DNA of 29,688 bases from an uncultured Rickettsiales bacterium (GCA_964525615.1 CAZGKG010000003.1:457-30144); one strand, 5' to 3'; positions 17,097 through 25,229 are shown, counted from the stretch's first letter. The notes: generated by a model not told the origin, from the letters alone. Program-made: numbers and translations.

Positions 17097-17815
17097 AAAA
17101 ATCAAACAAGAAAAAACAATGCTGGGTTTCTTTTGGGGCCGTTTTAACCCTTTTTCTTTGGATTGCTGCTCTTTGGTGGGCCTTGGTGGCAAGTCCTTCG
17201 GATTTTCGTCAGGGGGAAGGTGTACGGTTCCTTTACCTTCATGTTCCCTGTTCTTGGCTTGCTTTGGGAATTATTACCGTCATGATGGGGGCAAGTATTT
17301 TGTTTCTGGTGGGGGGACTTGTCAGAGCCAACTTACTTTCAGAAGCTCTAACGCCCATTGGCGGACTTTTTGCCTTGCTCAGCATGATTACCGGAGCTCT
17401 TTGGGGCAAACCCATTTGGGGAACTTTTTGGGTGTGGGATGCCCGCTTGACTTCTATGCTTATCTTATGGATGTCTTACGGGGGGATTTGGGCCTTACGA
17501 AGCGCTTTTCCTTCGCCTTATGAAGCTCAAAAACCTGTTGCTTTTTTGATTTTGATTACCTGGTTAAACGTTCCCATCATTAAGGGGTCTGTGACATGGT
17601 TTCGGACCCTCCACCAACCGGCTTCTGTCATAAAATTCTCCGGCCCTTCTCTTTCTCTAGATCTTTTGATTCCTCTACTTCTTATGACTGCTGCCTTTAG
17701 TGCTACAACTTTTTGGTTAGTCCTATGGCGTTTAAAATTATTAGAAATGCGTTACAAAACTTTGGCTGTTTTCCAACGAAAACCCAGTCATGTATCTTGG
17801 AGAAGTGGAGGGTAA
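17093..17815 (+). CDS. ccmC: Heme exporter / heme delivery protein CcmC
   Basis: RFLYLHVPCSW, WWD motif TGALWGKPIWGTFWVWDARLTS, SVTWFRTLHQ; start set at ATG 17093. Confidence 0.96.
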   Translation: MKKSNKKKQCWVSFGAVLTLFLWIAALWWALVASPSDFRQGEGVRFLYLHVPCSWLALGIITVMMGASILFLVGGLVRANLLSEALTPIGGLFALLSMITGALWGKPIWGTFWVWDARLTSMLILWMSYGGIWALRSAFPSPYEAQKPVAFLILITWLNVPIIKGSVTWFRTLHQPASVIKFSGPSLSLDLLIPLLLMTAAFSATTFWLVLWRLKLLEMRYKTLAVFQRKPSHVSWRSGG

Positions 17816-17820
17816 TATCT

Positions 17821-17967
17821 TTGGATCTTCGATTCTATTTAAGCCTTGCCTATGGCTTTGTGATTGCTAGTCTTTTGTTTTTTGCTTTTTGGACGCGGTA
17901 TCGTCTGAAAAAAGCCCATTATGAACTTTCACAAGCTCAAAGAAACGCTATCTCTGATGTTCCCTAA
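17821..17967 (+). CDS. ccmD: Heme exporter protein CcmD
   Basis: 48-aa single-TM peptide (FYLSLAYGFVIASLLFFAFW then basic RYRLKK) between ccmC and ccmE; TTG start with GGAGG SD. Confidence 0.75.
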   Translation: MDLRFYLSLAYGFVIASLLFFAFWTRYRLKKAHYELSQAQRNAISDVP

Positions 17968-18400
17968 CCCTCAGATGCGACGTGCTTTTTTGATTTTATT
18001 TCTTTTAGTTGGTTGCGGAGGGAGTCTTTGGGGGCTTCTGTTTGTTTTTCAGTCCTCTTTAGTTTTTTACTATACCCCTCAGGATTTTGCGGGAAAGGAT
18101 CCCCTGCCCTTGAGGAAAGTGCGTTTAGGTGGGATGGTCGCCTATGGATCTCTAAGACGTCATGGGCCTGTTTTTTTTTTCCGTATTACAGACCATTCAG
18201 CATCTCTAGAGGTCGCCTATAAAGGATTGTTACCCCATCTTTTTCGAGAAGGAGGGGAGGTGGTCGTGGAAGGCATTTTTGATTTTCATCAAAACTTATT
18301 TCAAGGTCATCAGATTTTGATAAAACATGATGAGGTTTACGCCTCCGTTTCTTCTTGCGAGGCTTCTACTGGACCACGAAATCCTAACGCGACCAAATAA
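17957..18400 (+). CDS. ccmE: Heme chaperone CcmE
   Basis: N-terminal TM, VFYYTP, VRLGGMV..GS, AYKGLLPHLFREG..VVVEG, LIKHDEVY (heme-binding His and Tyr). Confidence 0.95.
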   Translation: MFPNPQMRRAFLILFLLVGCGGSLWGLLFVFQSSLVFYYTPQDFAGKDPLPLRKVRLGGMVAYGSLRRHGPVFFFRITDHSASLEVAYKGLLPHLFREGGEVVVEGIFDFHQNLFQGHQILIKHDEVYASVSSCEASTGPRNPNATK

Positions 18401-19029
18401 AGCTCTGCTGACTCTTTGCGGCTCGCCTTTGGCTTTGCGTGAGAAACCTTTTGAAAGGAGTGTTTTAAGGCCTTGAGCAAAGAGATTTCTGTCCCCCCTT
18501 GAAGGGTTTTTGTAATAAATGCCCCGCCTGGACGCAAAAAGAAGCAAGCAAAATCGAAGGCGGCCTCTGCCATAGTTAAGATTCTTAAGTGATCTGTTTT
18601 TTTATGCCCGCAGGAAGAGGGGGCCATATCGCTTAAAACAACATCCACTTTTTGATCATCCCCGAGGGCATTTTGAAGAGCCATTAGCCCTTCGTCAGTT
18701 AAAAAATCCTGTTGGAGAAAAAGGGCGCCCTCAAGGGGATCTATGCTCAAGAGGTCAAGGCCTAAAACCTTTTCCTTGCCAGCAGTTTTATCACAAAGGG
18801 TTCGTTTGACTGCGACTTGCGACCATCCTCCAGGAGCAGCCCCTAGGTCCACCACGCGTTGTCCCTTTTTAAAAAAATGGAATTGATCATCGAGTTGCTC
18901 AAGTTTAAAAGCAGCACGAGAGCGGTATCCTTGCGCTTTTGCAGCCTGAACATAAGGATCATTTAACTGTCTTAAGAGCCATTGTCGAGAGGCTGCTGTT
19001 CTTTTTTTAGGATTTTTGAGACGAATCAA
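18337..19029 (-). CDS. rlmE: 23S rRNA Um2552 2'-O-methyltransferase RlmE/FtsJ
   Basis: WLLRQLNDPYV, GYRSRAAFKL, DLGAAPGGW, VVLSDMAP, KPKASRKESAELY. Confidence 0.96.
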   Translation of the reverse strand: MIRLKNPKKRTAASRQWLLRQLNDPYVQAAKAQGYRSRAAFKLEQLDDQFHFFKKGQRVVDLGAAPGGWSQVAVKRTLCDKTAGKEKVLGLDLLSIDPLEGALFLQQDFLTDEGLMALQNALGDDQKVDVVLSDMAPSSCGHKKTDHLRILTMAEAAFDFACFFLRPGGAFITKTLQGGTEISLLKALKHSFQKVSHAKPKASRKESAELYLVALGFRGPVEASQEETEA

Positions 19030-19985
19030 TGCATCCTCCCACAGGCACGTTTGAGGCGATCATTAAGCGCAATCCCGAGGCCCTCTTCAGGAATCGGCAT
19101 CACAGCAATCCCACCGCAGAGAGAGGCTTCAAGTTGATGGAGGTAGTCAAAGAAAAGGCTAGCAGCTTCTACCAAGTTGCTTTTAGGGCTGAGGTTAAGC
19201 GTCAGCAGGGACCCAGGAAGAACAGAAGGGCCAAAAGCAAGAAGTCCTTCTTGTGCATCGACAGATTGCGCATTCATTCGCAAAGGTTTTAAAGGCGCAT
19301 AATGAGATGCAAGCATCCCAGGAGAATAAAAGACTTGAGGATCTGAAGAGGCGAGTTGAGAACACTGAACTTTTTCTCCTAAAACAAGTTCAATTTCCTC
19401 AACAGGTAAGGCACCCGGCCTTAATAAAATTGGATGATTTTTTGTCAAGTTAATCACTGTCGATTCAAGACCTAAAAAGCAATCGCCACCATCTAAAAGG
19501 GGAAGAGACGGAAAACTTTCTCTCACATGAGAGGCTTTGGTAGGGCTGAGGCGTCCTGATGGATTAGCGCTAGGAGCGGCTAAAGGGAAGGGAAGTGTCT
19601 TTAAAAGGTCTAGAAATATTGGATGGGCTGGGATACGCACTGCAACTGTGGCAAGACCTGCACTCGCGAGGGTGCTAATTTGTGTTTTAAGAGAGCGATT
19701 GAGTACCAACGTTAACGGACCCGGCCAAAAAGCTTTTGCCAATTTTGTTGCTTTACTAGGCCACACCACATCGTCTTGAAGACTAAAAACATCCTTATAA
19801 TGCAAAATAAGAGGATTAAAAGAGGGCCGACCTTTAAGGGAAAAAATCTCAGCGATGACCCGATCATCATAGGCGCTCCCCGCTAGACCATAAACTGTTT
19901 CTGTGGGAACGCCACAGATCCCTCCCTCTTGAAGAATCTGGGAAAACCCCTGTTGGACTTCTTGATACTCAAAAGAAACACTCAT
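19026..19985 (-). CDS. tsaC: L-threonylcarbamoyladenylate synthase, Sua5 long form (YrdC plus Sua5 C-terminal domain)
   Basis: PTETVYGLA, KGRPSFNPLILH, FWPGPLT, AAPSAN.SG..SPT, GLESTV, LLRPG, SPGMLASHYAP, GIALNDRLKRA. Confidence 0.95.
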   Translation of the reverse strand: MSVSFEYQEVQQGFSQILQEGGICGVPTETVYGLAGSAYDDRVIAEIFSLKGRPSFNPLILHYKDVFSLQDDVVWPSKATKLAKAFWPGPLTLVLNRSLKTQISTLASAGLATVAVRIPAHPIFLDLLKTLPFPLAAPSANPSGRLSPTKASHVRESFPSLPLLDGGDCFLGLESTVINLTKNHPILLRPGALPVEEIELVLGEKVQCSQLASSDPQVFYSPGMLASHYAPLKPLRMNAQSVDAQEGLLAFGPSVLPGSLLTLNLSPKSNLVEAASLFFDYLHQLEASLCGGIAVMPIPEEGLGIALNDRLKRACGRMH

Positions 19986-20053
19986 GATTTAATAGTAAAC
20001 ACTTCAAAAGGTCTTTCCAAGAACTTTTTCTTAAAAGGAGGATGAGACACCCC

Positions 20054-20081
20054 TTGCATCCCTCTTAATTTTCCATAGAAT
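20054..20081 (+). promoter_or_regulatory. Putative sigma70 promoter of the rpsB-tsf operon
   Basis: TTGCAT (20054-20059), 16-nt spacer, TAGAAT (20076-20081), just upstream of the structured leader. Confidence 0.55.
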
Positions 20082-20090
20082 GGGGGGAAA

Positions 20091-20165
20091 ACTCACGCAG
20101 TCTTTTGTTTCCAGTGGTTTCGGCCTCTCAAGATTGCGGCGGCTTAACTGGAAAAGGAAAAAAAA
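20091..20165 (+). promoter_or_regulatory. Structured rpsB 5' leader (t44 / S2-autoregulatory-type), pseudoknot-capable
   Basis: 20096-20104 pairs with 20130-20138 (9 bp, one G-U); 20108-20115 pairs with 20147-20154 (8 bp perfect); inner GGU-UUCG-GCC hairpin; abuts the AAGGA SD. Confidence 0.65.
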
Positions 20166-20960
20166 ATGTCTTCTTTAACACATTTCACATTGCGCCAATT
20201 ATTTGAGGCAGGCGTTCACTTTGGACACCACACCCGCCGTTGGAACCCCAAAATGCGTCCTTTTATTTACGGCATTAGGGATAAAGTCCATATTATCAAC
20301 TTGGAAGAAACCTTTCCTCTTTTAAAAAAAGCTTTAGATGGGGTGCGGCAAATTGCCTCTAGCGGTGGTCGTGTTCTTTTTGTGGGAACGAAAAATCAGG
20401 CTTCCGCTCCTGTGAAGGAAGCGGCGATTCGTTGTGGTCAGTATTATGTCAACCATCGCTGGCTGGGGGGGACTCTTACGAACTGGGGAACGATTTCTCG
20501 GTCCATCAAGCGTATGAAGGAATTAAAACAACTGATTGATTCAGAAGAAATTCGTGGGTACACAAAAAAGGAGCAACTCCATTTTGAAAGGGAGTATATA
20601 AAACTTGAGGCCTCTTTGGGGGGAATCAAGGATATGGCAGGTATTCCTGATGCTCTTTTTGTGATCGATACAAACAAAGAAAAAATTGCGGTTCAAGAGG
20701 CTAAACGCTTAAATATTCCTGTTTTCGCTATTGTGGATACAAACTCTGATCCCGACGATATCGCTTATCCAATTCCAGGAAATGATGATGCGTTGCGTTC
20801 GATTCAATTGTATTGCAACTTGGTTTCAAGTGCTGTTGTCGAGGGGATTCAGGCAGAAATGCGGTCTCAGGGGATTGATATAGGGGAATCTTTTGAGATC
20901 CCTGTGTTGGAAAATGGCTCGAGCGGTCAGGCGGACAATACATCTCAAGCTAGAGAATAA
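20166..20960 (+). CDS. rpsB: 30S ribosomal protein S2
   Basis: LFEAGVHFGHHTRRWNPKM, VLFVGTK, RWLGGTLTNW, IVDTNSDPD, IPGNDDALRSI. Confidence 0.99.
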   Translation: MSSLTHFTLRQLFEAGVHFGHHTRRWNPKMRPFIYGIRDKVHIINLEETFPLLKKALDGVRQIASSGGRVLFVGTKNQASAPVKEAAIRCGQYYVNHRWLGGTLTNWGTISRSIKRMKELKQLIDSEEIRGYTKKEQLHFEREYIKLEASLGGIKDMAGIPDALFVIDTNKEKIAVQEAKRLNIPVFAIVDTNSDPDDIAYPIPGNDDALRSIQLYCNLVSSAVVEGIQAEMRSQGIDIGESFEIPVLENGSSGQADNTSQARE

Positions 20961-20983
20961 AGCTGAGGATGAAACAATAGGAG

Positions 20984-21910
20984 ATGGTGAAGATGAATGC
21001 TGCAGAGCTTATTAAAGAGCTTCGTGAAAAAACCGGTGCAGGAATTTTAGACTGTAAAAAAGCCCTTGGGGAAGCCGGTGGCGATTTAGACGCCGCAATC
21101 GATTGGTTGCGTAAAAAAGGTTTAGCTGCTGCTGCGAAGAAAACGGGACGCGTTACAGCTGAAGGCCTTGTGGGCATTGTGACGGAAGGCACTTGGGGGG
21201 CTGTTTTAGAGGTAAACTCTGAAACAGATTTTGTAGCGCGTAATGAAAAATTTCAGCAATTTGTCTCCTCTTTGCTCAAGATTGTTAAAGACGCTCGTCT
21301 GTCATCTCTTGAGGCCTTAAAAAAGGCTCCTTTCGGGAATGAAAGAACCGTTGAAGAAGAGCTTTCATTGCAAGTAGCCACGATTGGTGAGTCCTTAAGT
21401 CTTCGTCGTTTAGAGGTTTTATCAGTTTCCAAGGGTGTTGTTGTTTCCTATGTGCATGGAATGATTGCCCCTCAAATGGGAAAGATTGGCGTGCTGGTAG
21501 GTTTAGAGTCGGAGGCCCCTTCTGAGGAATTAGTGGAACTTGGTCGTCAGATAGCAATGCATGTTGCTGCGACAAAGCCTTTGTTCTTGAGTGTTTCTGA
21601 TGTGGATTCTGAAAGCTTGAGAAGAGAAAGGGACGTTCTTTCAGAACAGGCAAAGGCCTCGGGTCGCTCTCAAGAAGTTATTGAGAAAATGGTGGAAGGA
21701 CGTCTTCGGAAGTATTTTGAAGAAGTTGTTCTGGAAGAGCAAATTTTTGTCATTGATGGAAAGACAAAAATTTTAAATGTTGTGAATGAAAAAACAAAAC
21801 TCTTGCAGAGTAATGTTCAGCTAAAGGGATTTCTACGGGTCTCTTTAGGAGAGGGAGTGGAAAAACCTGAAACAGATTTTGCTGCAGAAGTGAATGCTCA
21901 GATTCGTTAA
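20984..21910 (+). CDS. tsf: Elongation factor Ts
   Basis: IKELREKTGAGILDCKKAL, WLRKKG, EVNSETDFVARN, IAMHVAA, KMVEGRL.KYFEE. Confidence 0.99.
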   Translation: MVKMNAAELIKELREKTGAGILDCKKALGEAGGDLDAAIDWLRKKGLAAAAKKTGRVTAEGLVGIVTEGTWGAVLEVNSETDFVARNEKFQQFVSSLLKIVKDARLSSLEALKKAPFGNERTVEEELSLQVATIGESLSLRRLEVLSVSKGVVVSYVHGMIAPQMGKIGVLVGLESEAPSEELVELGRQIAMHVAATKPLFLSVSDVDSESLRRERDVLSEQAKASGRSQEVIEKMVEGRLRKYFEEVVLEEQIFVIDGKTKILNVVNEKTKLLQSNVQLKGFLRVSLGEGVEKPETDFAAEVNAQIR

Positions 21911-21918
21911 GGTTTTCG

Positions 21919-21934
21919 TGTTTCACGTGAAACA
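21919..21934. promoter_or_regulatory. parS site (ParB-binding centromere-like palindrome) #1
   Basis: Perfect 16-bp palindrome TGTTTCACGTGAAACA, the canonical parS consensus, in the tsf-pyrH spacer. Confidence 0.88.
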
Positions 21935-21948
21935 TTTAGGTAAAGATC

Positions 21949-22680
21949 TTGTTTGTGAAAGTCTTCAAAAGGGTTCTTTTTAAAATCTCAGGTGAGGCTC
22001 TTTCTTCTCAAGAAGGAGGAGCTCTGGATTTTTCTTTTGTTGATCGTTTAGTAGATCAGCTGTCTGAGGCTTCAAGTTTTTGTCAAATCGCTGTTGTTTT
22101 GGGAGCAGGCAATTTCTTTCGTGGGGAGGGGCTTCACTCTTTGGGTTTTGATCGGGGAGTTTCTGACCAGATCGGAATGCTCGGAACCCTTATGAATGGA
22201 ATGATTTTACGAGAGCGCCTTCTTCAAAAGGGCGTTGAAACGGCTCTTTTTTCAAGTCTGCAAGTGGAGGGGGTTGCATCCCTCTTTGAGGAATCGCGAA
22301 AAGCTGACCTTTTTGATAGATCAAGGGTTGTCATTTTCTCTGGCGGTGTTGGACAGCCTTATTTCACAACGGATACAGCGGCAGTATTGTGGGCTCTTCG
22401 GATAAATTGTGAAATTGTTTTCAAGGGAACACAGGTGGATGGCATTTACAATGCTGATCCTCGTTTGGATCCAACGGCGTCTCTTTTGAAGTCTTTGACC
22501 TATCAAGAGGCTCTTGAAAAAAAGCTGCGTGTCATGGATTTAACGGCCTTGACTTTAGCAGAAGAAAACACTTTGCCTCTTGTGGTTTTTAACATTAAAA
22601 GACCGGGAGGGATCCTCAAAGCTTTGAAGGGTGAACCTCCCTTTACTTGGGTTTTTTCAGAAAAAGAAGGCGTCTTATAG
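21949..22680 (+). CDS. pyrH: Uridylate kinase
   Basis: RVLFKISGEAL, VVLGAGNFFRG, GMLGTLMN, GQPYFTTDTAA, KGTQVDGIYNADP, LRVMDLTA. Confidence 0.97.
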   Translation: MFVKVFKRVLFKISGEALSSQEGGALDFSFVDRLVDQLSEASSFCQIAVVLGAGNFFRGEGLHSLGFDRGVSDQIGMLGTLMNGMILRERLLQKGVETALFSSLQVEGVASLFEESRKADLFDRSRVVIFSGGVGQPYFTTDTAAVLWALRINCEIVFKGTQVDGIYNADPRLDPTASLLKSLTYQEALEKKLRVMDLTALTLAEENTLPLVVFNIKRPGGILKALKGEPPFTWVFSEKEGVL

Positions 22681-23235
22681 ATGAACACCTTGAAGGATGA
22701 TTTAAAAAAACGGATGACAGCTTCTTGTGATATTTTTGCATAAGAGCTCAAAGGGCTTCGGACAGGCCGAGCATCGCCTCAATTATTAGAGCCAGTTATA
22801 GTGGAAGCTTATGGAAGCAAAATGCCTTTGACCCAAGTGGGTAATATTAACATTATGGAGCCCCGTCTTTTGGGAGTTCAAGTATGGGATAGTGGGCTTG
22901 TCAAAGCGGTAGACAAGGCAATTCGAGAGGCAGGTTTAGGCTTAAATCCCTCAGTAGATGGTTCTTTGGTGCGAGTGCCTTTACCAGAATTAACCCAAGA
23001 GCGGCGAAAAGATTTAGTAAAATTGGCATCAAAATATGCTGAAGGAGCTCGAGTATCTGTTCGTGGTGTTCGTCGTGATGGGATGGAAAGTGTCAAGAAG
23101 CATGAAAAAAATAAGGATATTTCGGAAGATGATGGGAAAAGGCTTGAGGAAGAAATCCAAAAAATGACCGATTCTTTTGTAAAAAAAATTGATGAAATGC
23201 TTCTCCACAAAGAAAAAGATATTTTGACGATATAA
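22681..23235 (+). CDS. frr: Ribosome recycling factor; full-length frame interrupted by in-frame TAA at codon 21 (22741-22743)
   Basis: ATG 22681 abuts the pyrH TAG and reads [45 protein letters not shown]...[12 protein letters not shown]...R.VRRD. The 184 codons match normal RRF length. The ORF track starts only at GTG 22801. Confidence 0.93.
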
Positions 23236-23249
23236 CTTTGGATTTTTTT

Positions 23250-24653
23250 ATGACGGTTGTAACGCGCTTTGCCCCCTCTCCTACGGGAGATCTGCATATT
23301 GGTGGAGCTCGGGTAGCTCTTTTTAACTGGCTTTTTAGTCGTCATGAGGGCGGCAAGTTTTTCTTACGAATTGAAGATACAGATCGCGTTCGTTCCACTC
23401 CTGAAGCGGAAGCCGCTATCATTGAAGGATTACGTTGGTTAGGATTAGATTGGGATGGTGACACAGTTTTCCAGTTTTCTAGAGCCCAAAGACACCGGGA
23501 TGTGGCCTATGAGCTTTTGGACAAAGGTCTGGCCTATCGTTGTTACACGACAACTGAAGAGCTTCAGGAAATGCGTGAAAAAGCCAAGTCGGAAAACAAA
23601 CCTTTTTTATACGATGGACGTTGGCGGGATTGTTCTCCTGAAGAAGCCCCATCCAATCAAAAATTTGCCCTTCGTTTAAAGGCCTCTCGTGTAGGCGAGA
23701 CGATTTTGACAGATTTAATTCAAGGCACCGTCAGTGTGAAAAATGCTCAGCTTGATGACATGGTGCTCTTGAGAGCGGATGGAACTCCTACATATATGTT
23801 ATCAGTGGTGGTAGATGATCATGATATGGGGGTGACTCATGTCATCAGGGGAGATGATCATTTAAGCAATACTTTTCGTCAAATGCAGATTTACCAAGCA
23901 ATGAATTGGGCGTTGCCTCAGTTTGCTCATGTGCCTCTCATTCATGGTTCTGATGGTGCGAAACTTTCCAAACGACATGGGGCAATGGGAGTTCAAACCT
24001 ATCAAGAAATGGGATTTTTGCCTGAGGCAATGAAAAATTATTTGCTACGTTTAGGATGGGGGCACGGAAATACGGAAATTATTTCAGAGGAGGAGGCGAT
24101 TCAATTGTTTTCTTTGGATCATGTGGGCCGATCACCTTCTTGTTTTGATTGGGCAAAACTCACGGCTTTAAACGCTCATTACCTTCGGGAAAGATCAGAT
24201 GCGTCTTTGTTTAAACTTTTAAAGGACCTGTTTTCTCAAGAGGGATTATCTCTAGATGAGGCGGCATCAGAGCGTGTGTTAAAGGGCTTGTCTACTTTGA
24301 AGCAAAGGGCTAAAACTCTTTTAGAACTCAAAGAAAACGCTGAGATTTATAGAACAGATGCAGTCAGTCACTGGTCTGAGGAAGCAAAAAGTCTTTTAGA
24401 AAAAAATGATTTCAAGTTTTTGCTTGAGAAATATCTTTTGCAACTAGAAAAACTTCAAATTTGGGCAGCGGATGATTTAGAAAAAACGGCACGTCTTTTG
24501 GTTCAGCAAGAAGGAACTAAGCTGGGCCATTTGGCTCAGCCGCTAAGGGCACTTCTCACGGGGAGTTTAGTTTCACCTCCTGTTTTCCATGTGATGGAAA
24601 TTTTAGGGCGTTCAATTGTGTTGGAACGTTTAAGAGTCAAAGCGTTTCAATAA
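23250..24653 (+). CDS. gltX: Glutamate--tRNA ligase
   Basis: TRFAPSPTGDLHIGG (HIGH), LRIEDTD, VVDDHDMGVTHVIRGDDH, GAKLSKRHGA (KMSKS). Confidence 0.98.
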   Translation: MTVVTRFAPSPTGDLHIGGARVALFNWLFSRHEGGKFFLRIEDTDRVRSTPEAEAAIIEGLRWLGLDWDGDTVFQFSRAQRHRDVAYELLDKGLAYRCYTTTEELQEMREKAKSENKPFLYDGRWRDCSPEEAPSNQKFALRLKASRVGETILTDLIQGTVSVKNAQLDDMVLLRADGTPTYMLSVVVDDHDMGVTHVIRGDDHLSNTFRQMQIYQAMNWALPQFAHVPLIHGSDGAKLSKRHGAMGVQTYQEMGFLPEAMKNYLLRLGWGHGNTEIISEEEAIQLFSLDHVGRSPSCFDWAKLTALNAHYLRERSDASLFKLLKDLFSQEGLSLDEAASERVLKGLSTLKQRAKTLLELKENAEIYRTDAVSHWSEEAKSLLEKNDFKFLLEKYLLQLEKLQIWAADDLEKTARLLVQQEGTKLGHLAQPLRALLTGSLVSPPVFHVMEILGRSIVLERLRVKAFQ

Positions 24654-24659
24654 AGAAAA

Positions 24660-24675
24660 TGTTTCACGTGAAACA
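24660..24675. promoter_or_regulatory. parS site #2
   Basis: Identical TGTTTCACGTGAAACA, extended to a 20-bp palindrome AATGTTTCACGTGAAACATT (24658-24677), 6 nt after the gltX stop. Confidence 0.88.
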
Positions 24676-24702
24676 TTCGACGATGGTTGATAGAAAAAAT
24701 CT

Positions 24703-25218
24703 ATGAAAGAGAAGCTGATGAGCTTTAGAAAGAAAATCTTAATTTTTACTCTTTTCTTGCAAGGGTGTCAAAAGGGGTGGGAGCCAACAACGGAGGCCCC
24801 CCCCGATAGCGTGACGCGTAAATATGAGGGAATGGGAAAACTTTTAGGCAAAGATCTCGTTTTGTTTGGGGGAGAACCTTCTGATCGTGAAAAGGTTCGT
24901 CTTAGTCCCTATCTTTGGCAAGCTGCTTTGGATGTTTTAGGATTTATGGGGATTCATCAGGCGAGTCTTGAAACAGGTCTTTTGGAAACCACTTGGTATA
25001 CGGATCCTAATTTTTTATCGGAACGTTTTAAAGTCATGGTGACAGTTTTTGGAGGCCGTATTTCTTCAGGAAAAGTACGTGCCACAGTTCTCTATCAAAA
25101 GAAAAAATCTTCTGGGGAATGGGAATTTTATACACCTTCAGAGGGGTTAGGGCGTTACTTTGAGGAAAAAATACTTTTGAAAGCTCGCTCTTTAAAATCT
25201 CAGATGCTAAGCCATTAA
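24703..25218 (+). CDS. DUF3576-family lipoprotein
   Basis: Lipobox LQGC; YLWQAALDVLGFM..........T.WY.....ERFKV.V; usual position upstream of leuS in Alphaproteobacteria. Confidence 0.75.
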   Translation: MKEKLMSFRKKILIFTLFLQGCQKGWEPTTEAPPDSVTRKYEGMGKLLGKDLVLFGGEPSDREKVRLSPYLWQAALDVLGFMGIHQASLETGLLETTWYTDPNFLSERFKVMVTVFGGRISSGKVRATVLYQKKKSSGEWEFYTPSEGLGRYFEEKILLKARSLKSQMLSH

Positions 25219-25229
25219 AGGATTGAGAT

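Noticed and set aside
16472-17109. Lys-rich minus-strand ORFs (16472..16891, 16500..16709, 16849..17109)
   Set aside because: Antisense artefacts of the T-rich membrane-protein gene ccmB
20733-20741. DnaA-box-like TGTGGATAC
   Set aside because: Single imperfect match inside rpsB; no DnaA-box cluster or unwinding element seen, so oriC is not called in this window
22741-22743. Genome-wide reassignment of TAA as a sense codon
   Set aside because: dnaN, fabF, rpsB, tsf, gltX and frr itself end at TAA exactly at their expected C-termini
22878-23345. 155-aa minus-strand ORF and other 60-120 aa ORFs nested in housekeeping genes
   Set aside because: They fully overlap well-supported genes on another frame or strand and show no motifs or SD support
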